Of a stretch of 64,000 bases of DNA, positions 56,979 through 64,000 are shown in pieces; the first letter of the stretch is position 1; the number at the start of each line of letters is the position of its first letter. Under the pieces are notes generated by a model, which saw only the letters and a program-made list of their open reading frames with translations, was not told the DNA's origin and did no database searches. This stretch comes from Schizosaccharomyces osmophilus (lineage: Eukaryota): contig NC_079239.1 in NCBI RefSeq assembly GCF_027921745.1, positions 62,001 to 126,000 on the forward strand. Direction: 5' to 3'. Both the position numbers and the translations under genes were made by a program.

Positions 56979-57911
56979 ATGAGAAAACTCCTGGTCGTCT
57001 TTGGTGCCACGGGAAATCAAGGCGGGTCTGTCATTGAAGAAGTCATCAACGACCCGTTCCTCGTGAATGAATACAAAATTCGGGCTGTTACTCGCGACAC
57101 ATCCAAGTCATCAGCGCAAGCTCTCCAGCAAACGGGCAAAGTGGAAGTCGTTCAGGGCGATGCAGATGATGTCTCGTCTTTGAAGCGAATCTTTGAAGGG
57201 GCTCACACGATCTTCTTTCTCACAACCACCGTCTACGATGAGTTTCTTGAGGAACGAGAACTTTCTCAAGGCAAGGGAATCGCTAATGCAGCTGTGGCTG
57301 CTGGAGCAAAATACCTCATATTCAGCACCCTCTTCCACATTACTCGAGTCTCCGGTGGTAAGTACTACAAGGGGCGCCATTTCGACTGCAAAGCGGAGGT
57401 AGAGGACTACATCAGAACATTGCCTATTAAAAGCGCATTCTTCGCTCCTGGTTGTTTCATGCAGAATTTCGACTGGAACATGAAGCCGCACCCTATTGGC
57501 GATGGCACCTACGCACTGCCCAATATTGTCGCTCCCTCTACAAAACTGCCGCTCATCAATATTGAGGAGACTGGCAAATTCGTTGCAGCCATACTCGCCA
57601 ACGCTAACGATTTTGAAGGCAAGATTCTTGCTGGTGCTACCCAGCTGTACACAATGGAAGAAATTGTCCGAATTATGAGTAAAAGCTCTGGGAAAACAGT
57701 AGTCTACAACCAGCTTCCAGAAAAAGTCTTCCGCAACTTTTTGCCATCATCAATGGCGGATTATTTGGTTGATATGCTACTGTACATTCAGGATTTTGGA
57801 TATTATGGTCCGAAAACAAAGGATTTGGTAGTATGGACAGCAGCCAATGCCCGCGGTAAGTTGACAAATTTGGAGGAGTATTTCACTGAGCATCCATTGA
57901 AGCTGGAATAA
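56979..57911 (+). CDS. NmrA/HSCARG-like atypical SDR
   Basis: VVFGATGNQGGSV Rossmann motif, IRAVTRD, HFDCKAEVE and PGCFMQNF. Confidence 0.92.
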   Translation: MRKLLVVFGATGNQGGSVIEEVINDPFLVNEYKIRAVTRDTSKSSAQALQQTGKVEVVQGDADDVSSLKRIFEGAHTIFFLTTTVYDEFLEERELSQGKGIANAAVAAGAKYLIFSTLFHITRVSGGKYYKGRHFDCKAEVEDYIRTLPIKSAFFAPGCFMQNFDWNMKPHPIGDGTYALPNIVAPSTKLPLINIEETGKFVAAILANANDFEGKILAGATQLYTMEEIVRIMSKSSGKTVVYNQLPEKVFRNFLPSSMADYLVDMLLYIQDFGYYGPKTKDLVVWTAANARGKLTNLEEYFTEHPLKLE

Positions 57912-59089
57912 ATCATAAAGATCAGATCATGAAAGAATAAATTGGTGGATTTTCGTCTGGAAAATGAGACTAGGTAGCGAGTACCACGTAAATTACGGCA
58001 ACTTCCTTTGAAGTAGAAATCACAGAAGAAAACCGAGATTGTTTACCAGGACCAATTGATTTACTAGTTCATTCTTGCTGCAAAGAAACAGAAATTTTAG
58101 GCTCCGTTTATATATAATTTAACTTCTGGAGAATTAGTTGCAAACTATTTTTGAACAAAGTGAAAATAAATGGAGCAAAAATTTGGCAAGTAATAATGTT
58201 GGGACCCTGTTATGTGGCCATTTGAATACAAAGAACTATACAACATATGTTAGTTTTTCTTTAAATGTCCTCATTAATTGACACCTATACAAGTCGTTCC
58301 TAATCATTCGCCTTGATACAAATTCTATTTTGACATACAAGAAGAAGCCGAGCCCAGATGGTTTTCTCCTGAAGAGGAGATTTGCTATATCATACCTGCA
58401 AGCATTTCACATCTAGGATACTCACGAAGTAATTGCGACGCTGCTTTTAAAGCAAGATTTATCTGTAATAGCAGGTAACATTGCTCATGGATCAAAGGAA
58501 TGAATTCTGAATTTTCATTGGCATTTACAGAAGGATACAAAACGTATTTTTATTCTATTCTTTACCAGGCATTGGGAAATACGACCATCAGGTTGAACGC
58601 CTGACCTGGCTGTGACGATTGTAATAAGCTACTCTTTACCCATAAGTTAGTAATCCTATCGATACATTATTAACGGGTTATTTCAATTATGGCAGGTTCC
58701 TCTTTTTCTTTGCGTACAAGGCTAACTAAATACGATATGAAAAGTTCATCGTCCAACATCTGTTGTAATTATACAGTGCAAAATTGACAAACAATTCAGT
58801 CACTTGACATACTATTTAAAGTGTAATTGAATCGAGTTCAAGCTGTGTTTAAAATGCTTTATGCTATTATTGTAGCAATAAAGCAAGTTCTTTCTATTGG
58901 TTTCTTCAGCTTTAGGAAGCAGCGATAAAATAAATGTCTTCGTATCTAAATAAAAGCACTTTCGACAGAAAGAAATTTAGGCAAAAGGGATGAAAATTTT
59001 TTATGAAATAATAAAAATTAAATCCGAACGAGGCGAATCCTCCTTTGCTAGTACTTTGACTTCAGCACATATCTATTTTAAATACTGAT

Positions 59090-59992
59090 ATGCTCAAGTT
59101 GACAAGCTCTCGGTTTGCTGATAGAACGGCATCCTTTTTGATTTTGTTCTGTATTTAGCTTTTGGATTTAAAAATCTCTACGATATCGGCAATCTTGAAC
59201 ATGCTAGCTTTTAATTCAAGCTTCATTGTAAGCAGTTGAATGCAGACGAGTGGCGCCCAAAATATAAATCTATTCGAAGCTTCCAAAGATTAGGTGGAGG
59301 ACTGCTGCTACTTACTTTCCAGTTGAAGGTTGGGGAATTAGCGCTTGGTAAAAATAGCCAAGTACTAGACCATATTTTTCTCAAGTTAATGAATAAGTTA
59401 ATGACGAGTGCGACGACACTTCTTTTTGCCTATATATTCAACCCGATGAAAATACTGGGACTGGCCCATTTCATTACAACGATAGTTCTGGTCGAAGCTT
59501 TAGCTACCCATTTAACTTTACTCAGTCAAGTTATTACATTGAATTTAAAGAAAAGAGACAAGGAACTTTTTGCTTTGCATCGAGATCGCTCACGAAATAC
59601 GGATCGCCTGCCGAAGCAGTTTTTCAGTTTGGTTTAATTTGGAGTTGGAGAGGTGAGCTAAATGGTTCAGCCTCAAAAGGTGCTCTTTAGTATAGCCTTT
59701 TAGTTTTGGGTTCCTACTGCTTGCGATTCACTGGATGTATACCATATATTCTCATCGATCGAAACTTCTCCCAGTACATTATGCATTTTTAGCTCTAATT
59801 GTGGACCCTCCTTTTCCTTTTGGTGGACAAAATCTTGTAATTTTAACTATTTAGGATTTTTCCTTCCTTGGCGTATTCAACCTATCAAAAAATGGCTTGA
59901 TAAGTTTCTTGGGTATTTGATTTTGTTTCTCGTAGCATCTGGTTTGGGGGTATGGCGACCGATCCATAGATACTCATTTTTGAAACGTGCCC

Positions 59993-60038
<46 letters not shown>

Positions 60039-60453
60039 CTTCAAAGCGGTAGTATTGTCGGGAGTGGCTTTGCGAATGGATCTTGGAGGTTACATGATGA
60101 ACTTTTGAATGATAATGATTATATTCTAGTTTCCACTATCGTTTTAACCGAAGAACCTCTGTTTACATCTCTCTCAAAATGGAGCCCAACTTCTTCCAAG
60201 GTAGCTAGTCTTTATTATATTGTGTTATTTAGTTCCACTTTGTCCTGTGTTATTGCATTATTTTGGTTTAAAAAAATATATTGGCCCAGAAGTATAACTC
60301 CACCCACGTAGGGAGGACCTTGTGCTTTGGACAATCCGTTACGGAACAGAAGTTTTGATTGCCTGTTATATATGGCGCCCATCACAGAATGAACGGACTT
60401 ATTACAAGGAAAAATTTACAGAACCAAAAGAAAAGCAAAATTGCAAAGTCTGA
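59090..60453 (+). pseudogene. Pseudogene of the Ptm1-like family (paralogue of 61897-63249)
   Basis: Collinear fragments FKLHCKQLNADEWRPKYKSI, ELALG, HRSKLLPVHY, GLGVWRPIHR and CYIWRPSQNE; several stops and frameshifts; T-run of ~44 nt at ~59995-60038. Confidence 0.88.
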
Positions 60454-61448
60454 ATTGCGATAATCGTCCTGCTAGCTCAAAGACGATCAGATCCTATACC
60501 TATGAGACTCCTTTTTTTTTGCTGCAGATGCTGTAACTTCCTTTGCTTTTCATAAGGTCTCACTTTCCATTCTCAACTCAAAACATACCTTGATGATATC
60601 TAGAATGTAATGAATTCTAGTTTCATGATGGATAAACTTATGATTATGTGGAAAACTCCCACGTTTACAAATCTTCTCTTTTGATCCTCTTAATGCTTGT
60701 AAAGGTTACCACTTACTCATGAGTCTCCTTGGGTCTTGGAATATGAGAAACTAAGCAGAACTGACCATTGTAGGTCGGCGAATCTGTGACAATGTTGAAA
60801 GTATCGAAAGAAAGTGCAAAACGAAAACACGTACTGTAAAATGAATTGCCTTTAACTTATAATGTTTTGAGTATAACCGAGGTTATAAGCGTTATAGCAA
60901 AGCTAGTCGTTCCGTGAGCATTCTACTATGCCCTTAATTTCCAAATTCCTTCACCTTTGTGAATCTCGAGACGATATACTTTTTCAATGTAAAGCTTTTA
61001 TATCTCTTAAGGAAAACTCTTTAGACCTTTGCATTTATGGCTGGCATTTAATATTCAGTATTCAGTACTTTACAGAACATGAGCACCTGAAGGATAATGA
61101 TAAAGTGAGTTTCGGTGTCTTCTTGATGAGTATTGCCTGCCTTTTGAATTGCATTTTACGTCTGCATAATCCGGTTCTCTTTGGGTCACCTGTTTTTCCT
61201 TATTTGTTGATCTCAATCGAAGTCTTAGTTCTGTCCCTTTTTATTGTATATTAATAACGCCAATAAGATTTTTATTGATGTTTCAAGAATTATTGCTTCC
61301 TGTCTATAATTTGCTGCGCATTCATTTCCTTCCATGAGTAGTATTATCGCTTAGTCGAAGACCATGTTGATAAAACGCACAGCTGTAGGTTTAAAAAAAA
61401 AAAAAAAAGCATAACCGAAAAGAAAGCAAAAAAAAATAAATGAGAAAA

Positions 61449-61565
61449 AGCCTACAGCATCCCAGTTTCGCATGCTGTCTCCAAGCTTACTAAATAGGAA
61501 TGAGGCTCTCAGACTCATAACTTTAGTGATCGAACGGCATTTTATGTTTTTGATTGGGTATAAAG
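61449..61565 (-). pseudogene. Decayed 5S rDNA copy
   Basis: AAAAAGCCTACAGCATCCCAG..CATGCTGTCTCCAA...CTCAGAC..TAACT..AGTGATCGAACGG is collinear with 41384-41502; the RNA 5' end is eroded. Confidence 0.82.
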
Positions 61566-61896
61566 GTATTTTTTAATAGGTATATATATGCTTATATATT
61601 AGCAATCACTTACTCGTTCTTGAAAGCATGATGCTTTGTTGGTATTGATGTTGGCAATGCAACGGTTTCGTATTGCACGATTGAGATTGCAGGTACGTTT
61701 CTAATAATCTTCCGCATGACTACAGAATCAAAGGATCATTCAGAAACTCATGTATTTTTCGCCTTTTAAAAAAAACCTATAACAATTATTAAACATAATC
61801 ACAAGACGCTCTCAAACAATTTCTTTTTGTTTGACAAAAGTATCACTTATACTTCTGGTTGTATGCGCAACACGTAGAAACATCAAAATTATTAGG

Positions 61897-63249
61897 TTAT
61901 GTGCGATTCTGCACTGTTGTTAGGGTATCATCATACTCCTTTTCATTTTCACTATTATAAGTCAACTCGTTCTTAGATACGCGCCAAATATAGCATGGTA
62001 ACAACAGCTTTAATCCATATAAGATAGTGTAAAACGCATAAGCACGTGTATAATAAATATAGTAGATGACAATGGGTGCCAATGTGATATTTGCAACGCA
62101 GTACCACAGCGATTGTTTTGCTAATTTCATAGAGTGCGCCGATTCCACAGAACCAGCTGACTTAAGAAAACGATTTAAAAGGTAGATTGCATATATCCAA
62201 AAGAAGTTGTCGCTAAGCTCTTCCAATAGGTCAATTTCATGTCGTAGTTTAACAAATGAAGGATATTGATGAGTGGTGAGATGGCTTATAGTGCAAAATA
62301 TCATTGGAATTGATAAGACAAGTATTCCACAGGTAATTGATTTTCGATGAATGGGACGCCATACTCCATAACCAAAAGCAATGGAATATAGTACCAATCT
62401 CTGAGCAAATATATTAGTATTCCCTAGTAAGTCTCTGAACAATTTATATTTTATCCATTGATCATGATTAAAACTTTTGATATTGTAAAACTCATGGATA
62501 AATCGAATAGTTGGTTCCCCTAAAACCGAGCAAATTATAAGTAGCAAAAGCCCGTAATGTACCGGAAGGAGTTTCGATCGGTGAAGAAGCATCATACACA
62601 CCCAACAAGTAGCAAGGAAGAGCAAACTAACTGGAAACATCAAAAGAAAGTAATTGACAGTCCTCTCATGAGGGACTGGGACATCTTCATACACTGATTT
62701 CGTTCTACTTAATTCCATATTTGGCAAACTTACAGAGCCATTTTTCAACAATGGTCTCGTAGCAAAGCAATACACCCCTCTTGTTTTTTCTTCAATTTCA
62801 AGAAATTCGTGTCGTTTACTGGAATTTGCAGGAAAGTTGAGTGTGCGTACAGAACTTCCATTGTATGTAAACGGACCAAGAATAGTGTCTCTCTCCTCAG
62901 GGCGAATGTATCGAGACACAGAAAATTCATTTATTTCTTCTGTGATTTGCGACAATTGAGAAATATGATGTAGTAGCTTTTCATCATAACCAAGAGCTAA
63001 TTCCCAATCCTGGAGATTGAAATAAGTACTACCAATCCCACTGTTACCCTCGTCGTCGATGCTGTTATATTTGGGATGTTGATCATCTGCATTAACCCGT
63101 TGGCAAGCAAGCCTGAATTGAAATTTGTCAAAATCATTATTATTTTCGTCGGAACCTGAAAGAAAACTATCAGAATCTGCTTTAATGAATGACAATAGTG
63201 AGCAACAAATAAAAAATCTAAATAAGTATTTATAGTAGGAATTCCCCAT
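61897..63249 (-). CDS. Diverged Ptm1/TMEM87/GPR107-like 7-TM protein
   Basis: First ATG at 63249; signal peptide; GVYCFATRPL, KLLPVHYG, AFGYGVWRP and PCYIWR motifs shared with 12042-13316. Confidence 0.75.
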   Translation of the reverse strand: MGNSYYKYLFRFFICCSLLSFIKADSDSFLSGSDENNNDFDKFQFRLACQRVNADDQHPKYNSIDDEGNSGIGSTYFNLQDWELALGYDEKLLHHISQLSQITEEINEFSVSRYIRPEERDTILGPFTYNGSSVRTLNFPANSSKRHEFLEIEEKTRGVYCFATRPLLKNGSVSLPNMELSRTKSVYEDVPVPHERTVNYFLLMFPVSLLFLATCWVCMMLLHRSKLLPVHYGLLLLIICSVLGEPTIRFIHEFYNIKSFNHDQWIKYKLFRDLLGNTNIFAQRLVLYSIAFGYGVWRPIHRKSITCGILVLSIPMIFCTISHLTTHQYPSFVKLRHEIDLLEELSDNFFWIYAIYLLNRFLKSAGSVESAHSMKLAKQSLWYCVANITLAPIVIYYIYYTRAYAFYTILYGLKLLLPCYIWRVSKNELTYNSENEKEYDDTLTTVQNRT

Positions 63250-64000
63250 ACTAGTCTTCCAGTTCAAATTTCGTTTTTATGGAGGAAGTTGGTAAGGTAG
63301 TAGTGAGGAGAGCTGAAACTTATATATACCTCTGATGAAGAAGGTTTAGTAAAATAAAATATGAATCACATCCCTTTTTGATATTCCCAATCTGATTTTG
63401 CTCTCCTGCCACTTTCGAAACATCATAGGGTCAAGGGAACCTCCAAATATTACTTTAAATTATTGCTACAGGATAATATTATACAGTATAATATAATACT
63501 GTGTAAGCAAACACAAACACGAAAATGATGGATTTTTCCTGGATGGTACTGAGTTACAAGTTGAAACTTCATAGAATAAATTTTCTTTTACTTAGGAGTC
63601 TTAGTTTATTATAAAACTAACAACTAATTCCAGGAAATATATTTCAGGTGGGAAGAATTTCATGACAAAAGTCAGTATACTTGTTTTTTAACATATTCTA
63701 TTGCTGGGAAGAGTCAAAGTCAAAGGTTATTCTCGTTACCTGTTCGTAGAATCCATAGCGTCTGTCATGACATTCGTCGAAATCATTGAAAAAACATGCT
63801 TTATAGTCCCTGTTTCGCTAATAATAGAAGAGAACAAGAAGAAACTATTCATCGATGATGAGATTAACAGAAAAAACCTAGCAAACGTTACAGTTGGAAA
63901 AACATTTCATTTTGCTACATCCTCTTAGACATTAATAGCAGCGCAGTCCATCTTTGTATTGTTAGATATGTTTGTTAGGAAAGGACATTTCTGGTTCAAT

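Noticed and set aside
40500..61600. Intact wtf meiotic-driver gene next to the 5S copies
   Set aside because: I looked for a multi-exon, multi-TM gene with a FLEX-containing first intron and could not assemble one. The forkhead site at ~40984 has no supporting exons.
63701..64000. Possible gene relic at the window end
   Set aside because: Short interrupted frames on both strands, no motif I can identify, and cut by the window edge.
1..64000. CRISPR arrays, prokaryotic operons or defence systems, and the many short ORFs overlapping called genes
   Set aside because: This is eukaryotic DNA with spliceosomal introns and no repeat-spacer arrays. The overlapping ORFs are antisense or alternate-frame shadows of well-supported genes.

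Overview
Genomic DNA from a fission yeast (Schizosaccharomyces). It is not S. pombe itself; the proteins are clear but diverged orthologues, most consistent with the octosporus/cryophilus/osmophilus group. Bases 1-40.3 kb are a rearranged equivalent of the S. pombe chromosome III ura4 neighbourhood: aah1, vph2, catalase, an MFS transporter, pmp20, new25, ura4, tam14, alg11, rpl9/rpl35, rng3, ssp120, bcd1, bcp1, sen54, qcr2, raf1, rhp16 and rhp7. This block is interrupted at about 9.9-13.3 kb by a decayed Ty3/gypsy retrotransposon and a diverged Ptm1/TMEM87-like 7-TM gene. Conserved gene order ends at a tRNA-Gly and an intact 5S rRNA gene (40.4-41.5 kb). The remaining ~23 kb is accessory DNA divided into blocks by four co-oriented 5S rDNA copies in different states of decay (41.4, 46.9, 53.5 and 61.4 kb). 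The blocks carry a budding-yeast-type old yellow enzyme, a divergent Dal5-family transporter/amidohydrolase pair, hsp16, a small secreted protein with Mei4/FLEX sites, an NmrA-like gene, an unknown GPI-type protein, further Ptm1-like paralogues (one intact, one pseudogene) and several gene relics. The best candidate for an undescribed system is this 5S-rDNA-delimited set of accessory and possibly horizontally acquired cassettes, in which I could not identify a wtf gene. Gene names rest on my recall of S. pombe proteins and gene order; no searches were run.
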